Source: an uncultured Bryobacterales bacterium
GTDB taxonomy: Bacteria; Acidobacteriota; Terriglobia; Bryobacterales; UBA6623
Assembly (NCBI GenBank): GCA_958295955.1
Contig: OY282420.1
Span: 4,233,063-4,297,062, forward strand
Direction: 5' to 3'
Length of the DNA stretch: 64,000 bases
Positions 56,025 to 64,000 of this stretch are shown piece after piece (the stretch's first letter is position 1; each line of letters begins with the position of its first letter). The translations under genes and the position numbers were made by a program. Below the pieces are notes generated by a model. It did not search any database, was not told where the DNA came from, and worked only from the letters and a program-made list of their open reading frames with translations.

Positions 56025-57503
56025 ATGGACCCCCATCTCGAATACGAGCTTGCCGCCACGCGCCGCCAATTTTTCGGGCGGTCCGCAACGGGCATCGGCG
56101 CCGCGGCGCTTGCCTCGCTGCTCCAGCGGGACGGTTACGCCGCGCCCGCCGCGCCCCATGCCGAAACCGGGGGAGCCGAAACCGGCGGCTTGGCCGGCCT
56201 GCCGCACTTCGCGCCGCGGGCCAAGCGAGTCGTCTTTCTGTTCCAGTCCGGCGCGCCGTCGCAGATCGACCTGTTCGATTACAAGCCGCAACTGCGCAAG
56301 TTCCACAAGCAGGAGCTTCCCGACTCGATCCGCAGGGGGCAGCGCATCACCGGCATGACCGCGGGACAGGACAGCTTTCCGGTCGCCGCTTCGATCTTCA
56401 AGTTCCAGCGGCACGGCCGGAGCGGCGCCTGGCTCAGCGAGTTGCTCCCGCACACTGCCAAGATCGTCGACGACATCGCCCTGATCAAGACGATGCAGAC
56501 CGACGCCATCAACCACGACCCGGCGATCACCTTCATCAACAGCGGTTTTCAGCAGCCCGGACGCCCGTCGATGGGCGCCTGGGTGAGTTACGGCCTGGGG
56601 ACCGAGAACCAGGACTTGCCGGCTTTCGTCGTGCTCGTCTCTCAGGGCAGCAATAAAAACGCCGCGCAAGGAATCTTTTCGCGGCTGTGGGGGCCGGGGT
56701 TTCTGCCGTCGCGCTACCAGGGCGTCAAGTTCCGCTCGAGCGGAGATCCGGTGCTCTATCTGTCGAATCCGCCCGGCATGGCGGCCTCGACGCGGCGCAA
56801 CATCATCGACGTGGTGGCGCAGGTCAACCGCATGCGCGCCGAGCGGTTCGGCGACCCCGAAATCGAAACGCGCATCGCGCAGTACGAAATGGCCTACCGC
56901 ATGCAGACGTCGGTGCCCGAGCTGATGGATCTCGCCGGCGAGCCCGAGAGCACGTTCGCGCTCTACGGCGAGGACGCCCGCCGGCCCGGCAGCTACGCGG
57001 CGAACTGCCTGCTGGCGCGCCGCCTCATCGAGCGCGGCGTGCGCTTCGTCCAGCTTTATCACCGCGGCTGGGATCAGCACACCGACCTGCCGCGTGAAAT
57101 CCGCCTGCTGGCCGGCGATACCGACCGCGGCTCGGCGGCGCTCATCCAGGACCTCAAAAAGCGCGGCCTGCTCGAAGATACGCTCGTCGTCTGGGGCGGG
57201 GAATTCGGGCGCACCGTGTATTGCCAAGGCAAGCTCAGCGAGACCAACTACGGCCGCGATCACCACCCGCGCTGTTTCACCATGTGGATGGCCGGCGGCG
57301 GCGTCAAGCCCGGCATCGCCTACGGCGAGACGGACGATTATTCCTACAACGTCGTTGCCGACCCGATGCACGTTTACGACTTGCAGGCCACCATCCTGCA
57401 CTGTCTGGGCATCGATCACAAGAAGCTGACGTTCAAGCACCAAGGGCGGCATTTCCGCCTGACCGACGTTCACGGCAAGGTCGTCGAGCCGCTTCTGGCC
57501 TAG
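56025..57503 (+). CDS. DUF1501 protein (sulfatase-fold, Tat signal)
   Basis: TRRQFFGRSATGIGAAALASLL twin-arginine signal. Contains VVFLFQSGAPSQIDLFDYKP and GGEFGRT...GRDHH typical of DUF1501. Sits immediately downstream of its usual DUF1553 partner. Confidence 0.85.
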   Translation: MDPHLEYELAATRRQFFGRSATGIGAAALASLLQRDGYAAPAAPHAETGGAETGGLAGLPHFAPRAKRVVFLFQSGAPSQIDLFDYKPQLRKFHKQELPDSIRRGQRITGMTAGQDSFPVAASIFKFQRHGRSGAWLSELLPHTAKIVDDIALIKTMQTDAINHDPAITFINSGFQQPGRPSMGAWVSYGLGTENQDLPAFVVLVSQGSNKNAAQGIFSRLWGPGFLPSRYQGVKFRSSGDPVLYLSNPPGMAASTRRNIIDVVAQVNRMRAERFGDPEIETRIAQYEMAYRMQTSVPELMDLAGEPESTFALYGEDARRPGSYAANCLLARRLIERGVRFVQLYHRGWDQHTDLPREIRLLAGDTDRGSAALIQDLKKRGLLEDTLVVWGGEFGRTVYCQGKLSETNYGRDHHPRCFTMWMAGGGVKPGIAYGETDDYSYNVVADPMHVYDLQATILHCLGIDHKKLTFKHQGRHFRLTDVHGKVVEPLLA

Positions 57504-57506
57504 CAG

Positions 57507-57533
57507 GCGCCGGGCAAGGCGCGGAGTCTTTTT
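57507..57533 (+). terminator. Weak hairpin plus T-run after the DUF1501 gene
   Basis: GCGCC-gggcaa-GGCGC followed 6 nt later by TTTTT. The stem is short and the spacer non-ideal. Confidence 0.3.
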
Positions 57534-57550
57534 ATCGAAACGGGGAACCC

Positions 57551-58717
57551 ATGAGCGGCGCTGCAAATATCGAAGACCGCGGGATGACGTTCGGCGTCGA
57601 GGAGGAGTTCTTTCTGATCGACCCGGAGACGCGCGACCTGCTGGCCGATCCCGACCCGCGCATTTTCGAGTCATGCGCCGCGAATTGCGGGCCGCACAAG
57701 GTCGTACACGAGTTCATGCGCTCGCAGATCGAAACGAACACCCGCGTTTGCGATTCGGTGGCCGACGTGCGCGCGGCGCTGGTCGAGACGCGGCGCATCG
57801 TCGCCGACGCGGCGGCCGAGTTCGGCGCGCGCCCGCTGGCTTCCTCCACGCATCCGTTCGCGGCTTGGCGCAGCCAGGTCGTCACGCCGCGCAAACGCTA
57901 CCGGAGCATCGAGATGACCTTGCAGGACGCGGTGCGGCGATTGATCATCGGCGGCATGCATATCCATCTCGGATTCGGCGGCGCCGGTTCCCGCATCCGC
58001 GTCATGACCGCGCTGCGCCGCCATCTTCCCCTGCTGCACGCGCTTTCCGCGTCGTCGCCCTTCAGCGGCGGCCGCGCCACGGGGTTCAAGTCGTACCGCT
58101 TGAACATCTTCGGCGGCCTGCCGCGAACGGGGATGCCCGCCCCGCTGGCGTCGCAGGCCGATTTCGAGCGCGTGGTGGACAACTACCGGCGCATGAATTT
58201 CATAGGCGACAGCAGCGAGTTGTGGTGGGATATCCGCCCGGCCAAGGCGTATCCGACCATCGAGTTGCGCATCTGCGACATCTGCCCCGATCTCGAAGAC
58301 GCGGTGACCATTGCGGCGTTGTACGCCTGTCTCGCGCGGCGTTTGCTGCGCCTCGACCGGCAAGGCGCGCTGCCGCCCGAACCGCCCACGGAGATCATCG
58401 TCGAAAATCGCTGGCTCGCCTCGCGCTACGGGGTTCTCGCCTTCCTGGGCGACGCCGAAAACGGAGGCAGGGTCGATATCGACGACTACGCAAGAAATCT
58501 GGTCGAGGAACTCACCGAGGACGCCCGGGCGCTTCGCTGCGAAACCGAGTTGCGCCGCGTGCTCGACATCGTGCGTCTCGGCTCCGGCGCCGACCGCCAG
58601 ATCGACCACTACCGCCTGCGCCTGCTGGAAGGGGACAGCGAGCAAGAAGCGCTGCGCGCCGTGGTCGATCTTACGGCCGCGGAGACGGTGCAGGCTCTCG
58701 ATGCGCCGCGGCCGTGA
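57551..58717 (+). CDS. Carboxylate-amine ligase, YbdK/GCS2 family
   Basis: MTFGVEEEFFLIDPETRDL...QIETNT...GGMHIHLG...WWDIRP...PTIELRICD is the glutamate-cysteine ligase family 2 pattern. Start is ATG 57551 or 57584. Confidence 0.85.
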   Translation: MSGAANIEDRGMTFGVEEEFFLIDPETRDLLADPDPRIFESCAANCGPHKVVHEFMRSQIETNTRVCDSVADVRAALVETRRIVADAAAEFGARPLASSTHPFAAWRSQVVTPRKRYRSIEMTLQDAVRRLIIGGMHIHLGFGGAGSRIRVMTALRRHLPLLHALSASSPFSGGRATGFKSYRLNIFGGLPRTGMPAPLASQADFERVVDNYRRMNFIGDSSELWWDIRPAKAYPTIELRICDICPDLEDAVTIAALYACLARRLLRLDRQGALPPEPPTEIIVENRWLASRYGVLAFLGDAENGGRVDIDDYARNLVEELTEDARALRCETELRRVLDIVRLGSGADRQIDHYRLRLLEGDSEQEALRAVVDLTAAETVQALDAPRP

Positions 58718-58834
58718 CGCCGCGCTACCGAAGGCGGTTTCCGCGCGGCCCGGCGCGCAAGCCGCGGATCGTTGCTTGCCGGCATCCTTGGAAGTTGCCG
58801 CAACCGCCGGGCGCCGCATGAAAATTTCAAACCG

Positions 58835-60265
58835 ATGATCACTTTCAGAAAGACGAAAATCCTCTGTACGCTGGGGCCGTCCGTTGCGGACGAAGAGACG
58901 TTCCGCAAGCTGGTCGATGCCGGCTTGAACGCAGTGCGCCTGAACTTTTCCCACGGCTCGCGGGAACGGCGCCTTGCGGACATCGAAATGGTGCGCGCCG
59001 TCGCCGCGGAATGCGGCCGGATGATCCCCATCGTCGCCGACTTGCAGGGGCCGAAGATTCGCACCGGCAAGCTCCGCGGGGGCGGGCCGGTCGAGTTGAC
59101 GGCGGGCGCCCCCTTGCGGCTGTGCAAAGCGCCGCGGGTCGGAGACGCGGCCGCGGTTTCGATCGATTATCCGCACTTGGCCGCGGACGTGAAGCCCGGC
59201 GCGAGGGTTTTGCTGGCCGACGGCGCCGTGGAGTTGCGGGTCGCCCGCATCGAGGCCGAGGACGTACACTGCGAAGTCGTCAACGACGGCGTTCTGGGCG
59301 AGCGCAAAGGGGTCAACGTTCCGGGCGCGAAGCTGAAAGTGCAGGCGCTCACCCGGAAAGACCGGGCCGATCTCGAATTCGCCGTCGCCCGGGGCGTGGA
59401 CTACATCGCGTTGTCGTTCGTGCGCGAGGCGAAGGACGTCGAGCTTGCCAAGAATCTGATCGAGTGGGCGGGCGGACATGCGCACGTCATCGCCAAAATC
59501 GAAAGCCCCCAGGCGCTCGACAATCTGGGCGCCATCCTGGACGCCGCCGGCGGCGCGATGGTGGCGCGCGGCGATCTGGGAGTCGAGCTCAGCCCCTGGC
59601 AGGCGCCCATCGCGCAGAAGCGCATCATCGAGGAATGCGCCCGCCTGCGCAAGCCGGTCATCACCGCTACGCAGATGCTGGAGTCGATGATCGCCAGCCC
59701 GCGGCCGACGCGCGCGGAGTCGAGCGACGTGGCCAACGCGGTTTTCGACGGCTCGGACGTGCTGATGCTCTCGGGGGAAACGGCCGTCGGCGCCTATCCG
59801 GTCGAGACCGTGGCGATGATGGCGCGCATCGTTGCCGCCGCGGAGCTGCACGCCGCCGGCCCGCGGCTCGACCTGCCGGCTTTCGCGCGCGACGAGGCCG
59901 ACTATTCGGCGCAAGTCGCGCAGAGCGCAACGCGGCTGGCGCACGATCTCCAGGCCAAGTTCATCGTCGTCTATACGGAAAGCGGTTACTCCGCCCGCCT
60001 CATCTCCAAGCACCGGCCGACTTGTCCGGTGCTGGTTCTCTCGGCGCACGACGAAACTTGCCGCCGAGCGACGCTGCTATGGGGCGTCCGCGCCGGGAAA
60101 ATCGAACCGCAGCGCGACCTCGCCGACCTGCGCAAGGCGATCGATACGCTGGTTACCGGCAACGGCTGGGCGCAGCCGGGAGACCTGCTGTGCATTGTCG
60201 CCGGCGCGCCGTTCGAAATCGCCGGACGCACCAACATGATTCAGCTTCACGCCATCGCAAGCTGA
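58835..60265 (+). CDS. pyk: Pyruvate kinase
   Basis: KTKILCTLGPS...GLNAVRLNFSHG...ADLQGPKIRTG...IAKIESPQALDNL...MVARGDLGVE...ATQMLESM...VLMLSGETAVG. Confidence 0.92.
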   Translation: MITFRKTKILCTLGPSVADEETFRKLVDAGLNAVRLNFSHGSRERRLADIEMVRAVAAECGRMIPIVADLQGPKIRTGKLRGGGPVELTAGAPLRLCKAPRVGDAAAVSIDYPHLAADVKPGARVLLADGAVELRVARIEAEDVHCEVVNDGVLGERKGVNVPGAKLKVQALTRKDRADLEFAVARGVDYIALSFVREAKDVELAKNLIEWAGGHAHVIAKIESPQALDNLGAILDAAGGAMVARGDLGVELSPWQAPIAQKRIIEECARLRKPVITATQMLESMIASPRPTRAESSDVANAVFDGSDVLMLSGETAVGAYPVETVAMMARIVAAAELHAAGPRLDLPAFARDEADYSAQVAQSATRLAHDLQAKFIVVYTESGYSARLISKHRPTCPVLVLSAHDETCRRATLLWGVRAGKIEPQRDLADLRKAIDTLVTGNGWAQPGDLLCIVAGAPFEIAGRTNMIQLHAIAS

Positions 60266-60328
60266 CGGCCCGTTCAGCCTCCGCTGCGCCGGATGGAGCG
60301 GGCAACTCGTACATCGCCGAGCGCCGGC

Positions 60329-61141
60329 TTACGGCCAAGCGTCGGCCAGCAGGTACGCCAAGCGCACGGCCGCCTTCGCAAGCTGTTCCTCGATCGTCTT
60401 TTCGGCCCGCTCGATGTACGCTTCGTTCAGTTGCCGCGATGCGCCCGGATGCAACGAATCGTACGCGTTGCGGACGGCGGCCTGGTGGGTTTCCCAAGTC
60501 CAATCGCGGAGCGAGCCTTGCGCCCACGCGCTTTTGCTCTCGGCGTCGATATGCCGCCGCGCGCGCTCGAGAATCTGTTCTTCCGAGCCCATCCCTGCAA
60601 GCAGAGCCGACTCCCACGCATCGAAAAGCTCCAATCTGCGGCCGCTCAGCATGACCGGTTTTTCCGCGCCTCCGTGCCCCGGCGGGTATCCCGCGCGCAG
60701 CGGCTGGTGCAGATCGCCGGCCAGGCCGACCAGCATCTTGAAGGCGTCGATTTGCTTGCTTTTGGGCTTGATGGCCAGCCGCACGATGCCGACGCAGGCG
60801 CGCAGCTTGACGGGCGCGCAATCGCCGAGCGGGCAGTCGCGTGCGTAGTCCACGCGCCGCGCGTTCGGCGGCACCGTAATCGAACGCCACGCTTCGGTTT
60901 CCGGCCGCTCTTCCGCCGCGGCGTCCGCCCAGGTTGCGAAATCGACCAGCTTCGCTCCCTTGCCGAGAAGCAGTTCCATCCGGCGGACCACGTTGTCGTT
61001 GAGGTTCTCTTGCGCGAGTTGGGCGATGACCCGATGACCGAGTTCGCTCCACGCTTGGGCGCTCGCGCTCCCGCCGAGGAGCAAGGCGGCAACGAGCAAG
61101 CCGCGGACGGCCGTTCGCCGTGCGGTGAATCGAAAAAGCAT
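60329..61141 (-). CDS. Secreted S1/P1 nuclease family protein
   Basis: Signal peptide then mature N-terminus WSELGHRVIAQLA (the Trp-1 Zn ligand pattern of S1/P1), with ATWADA and AGDLHQPLR. Confidence 0.8.
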   Translation of the reverse strand: MLFRFTARRTAVRGLLVAALLLGGSASAQAWSELGHRVIAQLAQENLNDNVVRRMELLLGKGAKLVDFATWADAAAEERPETEAWRSITVPPNARRVDYARDCPLGDCAPVKLRACVGIVRLAIKPKSKQIDAFKMLVGLAGDLHQPLRAGYPPGHGGAEKPVMLSGRRLELFDAWESALLAGMGSEEQILERARRHIDAESKSAWAQGSLRDWTWETHQAAVRNAYDSLHPGASRQLNEAYIERAEKTIEEQLAKAAVRLAYLLADAWP

Positions 61142-61152
61142 CTCTTTGTAAG

Positions 61153-62193
61153 ATGGTAACGCGGACGCGGATGAAGGTTCGGACCATAGCGGAACTGGTC
61201 GGCGGCAAGGCGGAAGGCGACCTCGACCGCGAAATGACTTCCGGCCGTGCGCTCGACCGCGCCGGGCCCGGCGACCTTGCGTTTTGGGAAAGCCGCTCCG
61301 GCGCCGCGGCCTTGCCGGACACCGCGGCGGGATGCGTCATCGTCGGCCCCGACGCCGTTGCGCCCGGCCGCACGCTGATCCGCGCGCGGCGGCCCCGCAA
61401 TGCGTTCGCGCGCGCCTTGCGGGCGCTGCGCCCCGAGCCTCCGACTGCGCCCGGCATTCATGCCGGCGCCGCGGTGAGCCGCGCGGCGAAAATTGCCGAG
61501 GGCGTTGCCGTCGGCCCTCATGCCGTGATCGAAAGCGGGGCTGCGGTTGGGCGCGGCACGGTCATCGGCCCCGGCGCATTCCTGGGGGCGGGGGCGCAGG
61601 TCGGAGAAGACTGCCGCTTGCACGCCGGAGCGCGGGTTTCCGGCGGCTGCCGCATCGGCGACCGCGTCGTCCTGCACGCGGGGGCATGCATCGGCGCCGA
61701 CGGCTTCGGCCTCGTCTTCGAAACCGACCATTACGAAAAATTCCCCCAGATCGGCGCCGTCGTAATCGGCGACGACGTGGAAATCGGCGCCAACTCGTGC
61801 GTCGACCGGGGCGCGCTCGACGACACGCGCATCGGCGCCGGAACGAAGCTCGACAACCTGGTCCATATCGGACACAACTGCCAAATCGGCAAGCATGTCG
61901 TGATGGCCGCGCAGGTGGGACTGTCAGGAGGAGTGACCGTCGAGGATTACGCGGTGCTCGGCGGACAGGCCGGCATCGGCGAGGGAGCGCGTATCGGGGC
62001 GCGGGCGCAACTCGGCGGACAAGGCGGCCTGCTGCCGGATAAAACGCTGGCAAAAGACGGCGTTTATTGGGGGACCCCGGCGCGCCCCTTGCGCGAACGC
62101 CTGGCCGCGCAGGCCCGCGTCAACCGCCTGCCGAAGCTGCAGGAACAGGTGAAACGGCTCCGCTCCCGGCTCGACGCACTGGAAAAAAAATGA
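61153..62193 (+). CDS. lpxD: UDP-3-O-acylglucosamine N-acyltransferase
   Basis: N-terminal IAELVGGKAEGD followed by left-handed beta-helix hexapeptide repeats (IGDRVVLHAGACIGADGFG, IGDDVEIGANSCVDRG, IGHNCQIGKHVVM) and a C-terminal coiled coil. ATG 61171 is an alternative start. Confidence 0.88.
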   Translation: MVTRTRMKVRTIAELVGGKAEGDLDREMTSGRALDRAGPGDLAFWESRSGAAALPDTAAGCVIVGPDAVAPGRTLIRARRPRNAFARALRALRPEPPTAPGIHAGAAVSRAAKIAEGVAVGPHAVIESGAAVGRGTVIGPGAFLGAGAQVGEDCRLHAGARVSGGCRIGDRVVLHAGACIGADGFGLVFETDHYEKFPQIGAVVIGDDVEIGANSCVDRGALDDTRIGAGTKLDNLVHIGHNCQIGKHVVMAAQVGLSGGVTVEDYAVLGGQAGIGEGARIGARAQLGGQGGLLPDKTLAKDGVYWGTPARPLRERLAAQARVNRLPKLQEQVKRLRSRLDALEKK

Positions 62194-62831
62194 AAGCGGA
62201 AGGAATGAAAACGCTCGTTGTCGGCGGCAACAGCCGCAATATCGGCAAGACTTCCCTGGCTTGTGCGTTGATCGCCTCCAGCAGGGAACTCGAATGGACC
62301 GCGGTCAAGGTCACGCAGTTCGGCCACGGCGTCTGTTCGAGTACGGGCGAGCCTTGCGGCTGTGCGCTCGAAGACCCGGAATGTCCGTTCGACATCGCGG
62401 TCGAACGCGGCGAAGACCCCGGCTGCGACACGGCGAGGATGCTGCGCGCCGGAGCGCGGGAGGCGCTTTGGGTGCGCGTCGCGACGGGCGGCCTGAGACG
62501 CGCGATGCCCGATGTGCGCAAGCGTCTCGCCGGCAGGGAGCACGTCCTGCTGGAATCGAACAGCGTTCTGGATTTCATCGTCCCCGACGTCTATCTCGCG
62601 GTTCTCCACTTCGACGAGCGGGATTTCAAGGCCAGCGCGGCACGACTGCACGAGAGAGCCGACGCCTTCGTTCTGCCGGCCGCGGTCAACGCCTCGCCGC
62701 CCTGGCCGGGGTTCGATCTTTCGCTGCTTAAGCGCAAGCCCGCGTTTCAAGTCGAGCCGCCGACCTATTGCAGCGAGGAAATCGCCGCCTTCGTCAAAGC
62801 ATGCCTGGGCCGCTGCGCGGCCGGCGGATGA
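62190..62831 (+). CDS. Hypothetical BioD/CobQ-type P-loop-like protein with Cys cluster
   Basis: MKTLVVGGNSRNIGKTSLACAL resembles the GxxxxxGKT loop of dethiobiotin-synthetase-like ATPases. Also contains CSSTGEPCGCALEDPEC. ATG 62190 overlaps the lpxD TGA (ATGA). Confidence 0.5.
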   Translation: MKAEGMKTLVVGGNSRNIGKTSLACALIASSRELEWTAVKVTQFGHGVCSSTGEPCGCALEDPECPFDIAVERGEDPGCDTARMLRAGAREALWVRVATGGLRRAMPDVRKRLAGREHVLLESNSVLDFIVPDVYLAVLHFDERDFKASAARLHERADAFVLPAAVNASPPWPGFDLSLLKRKPAFQVEPPTYCSEEIAAFVKACLGRCAAGG

Positions 62832-62923
62832 TGTCGGTGCGCGCAAACCGCGTGTAGCACGGCAGCGGGGCCGGACCGCTCTCGCAGAGCCGAAGGCGCG
62901 TTTTTGCGGAACTGTTTTTAAAA

Positions 62924-63979
62924 CTATCCGCCGGCCGCCGGCCTTGCCAGGCGCCAACCGATGCGGGCCGTCATTTCCACGCCCTTGCCGAGTTGCAGCG
63001 CCGTGCGCGAGCTGGCGTTGCCGTCCAGGCCGCGCTTGTAAACCCCCTGGCCGATGCCGGCCGAGCGGAACAGCGAAAAGGCCATGTAGAAGTTCCAGTC
63101 GTCGATGCCCTCCCGCCCGGTATGCCGGCAGTAGGCGTCGAGGTGCTCTTCGAGCTTGGGGATGCCCGATACGGCGGGGTCGTTATCGATCAGCGACGGA
63201 TTGCGGTAGGCGGGCAGGTAATAGGGCATGCAGTTGTAGGCGAGATCCGCCAGCGGATGCCCCAGCGTGGACAACTCCCAATCGAGCAGCGCCACAATGC
63301 GCGGCTCGGACGGGTGCAGGATCATGTTGCCCAAGCGGTAGTCTCCATGGACCAGGCCGCTGCCGCTCTCGGCCGGTATGTTCGCGGGCAGCCAGTCGAT
63401 CAAATTGTCCATTTCGGGAATGGCGCGCGTTTCGGCGGCGCGGTATTGCCGCGTCCAGCGGCTGATTTGGCGGGCATAGTAATTCCCCGGCCTGCCGAAA
63501 TCGCCCAGACCCACCGCCTCCGGGACAACCGTATGCAGGCGCCCGAGGACTTCGACCATGTGCGCGTAAACCGCCGTCCTGTCGCCGGGAGGAAGCTCCG
63601 GCAAAGTCAGGTCGTGGAATACCCGGCCCGCGACGTGCTCCATGACGATGAACGGCGTGCCGATCGGCGCGTCGTCTTCGCAGAGCAGCAACATGCGGCA
63701 AACGGGCACGCTGCTGTGTTCCAGGGCCTTCATCACGCGGTATTCGCGCTCGACCGCGTGCGCCGAAGGCAGCAGCTTGCCCGGCGGTTTTTTGCGCAGG
63801 ACGTAATTGCCGCCGGCGGTTTGCAGCAGAAACGTCGGATTCGACTGCCCGCCCTCGAATTGCCGAATCGCACACGGCGCACGGAACCCGTCGAGATGCC
63901 GCGTCAGATAGCGGATCAGCGACTCTTCGTCGAAGCGGTGAACCTCGCGCACGGGCGTCGTTTCGGGCGTCGCGCTCAT
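62924..63979 (-). CDS. Phosphotransferase (APH/choline-kinase fold; acyl-CoA-dehydrogenase-associated type)
   Basis: QFEGGQSNPTFLL...YVLRKKP...REYRVMKAL...LVHGDYRLGNMILH...LLDWELSTLGHPLADLAY. Confidence 0.8.
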   Translation of the reverse strand: MSATPETTPVREVHRFDEESLIRYLTRHLDGFRAPCAIRQFEGGQSNPTFLLQTAGGNYVLRKKPPGKLLPSAHAVEREYRVMKALEHSSVPVCRMLLLCEDDAPIGTPFIVMEHVAGRVFHDLTLPELPPGDRTAVYAHMVEVLGRLHTVVPEAVGLGDFGRPGNYYARQISRWTRQYRAAETRAIPEMDNLIDWLPANIPAESGSGLVHGDYRLGNMILHPSEPRIVALLDWELSTLGHPLADLAYNCMPYYLPAYRNPSLIDNDPAVSGIPKLEEHLDAYCRHTGREGIDDWNFYMAFSLFRSAGIGQGVYKRGLDGNASSRTALQLGKGVEMTARIGWRLARPAAGG

Positions 63980-64000
63980 CGTTTATGCCGCCCGCGCCGC

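Noticed and set aside
63983-64000. Possible 3' end of another minus-strand gene (TAA as complement of 63983-63985, 3 nt upstream of the phosphotransferase start)
   Set aside because: Only 5 sense codons plus the stop are visible, which is too little to support a call.

Overview
High-GC (by eye roughly mid-60s %) bacterial chromosomal window, densely coding on both strands: about 57 protein genes and one tRNA-Thr. I saw no rRNA, CRISPR array, transposase or integrase. The gene content resembles a soil Acidobacteriota genome (Solibacter/Bryobacter-like), but this is inference only, with no search run. It includes a PSCyt1/DUF1549/DUF1553 + DUF1501 pair, a PEGA-tailed Ser/Thr kinase, a carboxypeptidase-regulatory-type TonB receptor, DUF2911, hpnC-D-E, secreted beta-propellers and sulfatases. 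Recognisable core genes are uvrA, mtnA, a lexA-like repressor, hpnCDE (squalene synthesis), ggt, ubiE/menG, aroB, pyk and lpxD. There is also a four-ORF RND efflux locus, two Cys-type sulfatases plus a GH88 hydrolase, and two tandem Zn-dehydrogenases. Most of the very long ORFs in the six-frame track are antisense shadow ORFs typical of high-GC DNA and are not called. Observations worth a second look: (1) A visibly low-GC island (about 39.2-41.1 kb) carries an orphan ~10-TM membrane protein. Its first codons contain an uninterrupted C17 tract behind two out-of-frame ATGs, which looks like a phase-variation switch. Its C-terminus is a 408-nt tandem repeat with a decayed, out-of-frame third copy after the stop. 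(2) A substrate-binding-protein-like ORF and the TolC-like ORF of the RND locus look like one gene split by a 13-nt insertion flanked by GTCGAC direct repeats. (3) A translationally coupled decaheme cytochrome + large beta-barrel pair (MtrAB/PioAB-like) is followed by a small secreted protein ending in 11 consecutive Asp. (4) A LexA-like repressor lacks the Ala-Gly cleavage-loop segment. (5) Two toxin-antitoxin-like pairs are present: PIN + unknown small protein, and RHH-MNT fusion + HEPN. All homology statements come from motif recognition by eye and need database confirmation. Many start codons are uncertain because TTG/GTG starts are common here.
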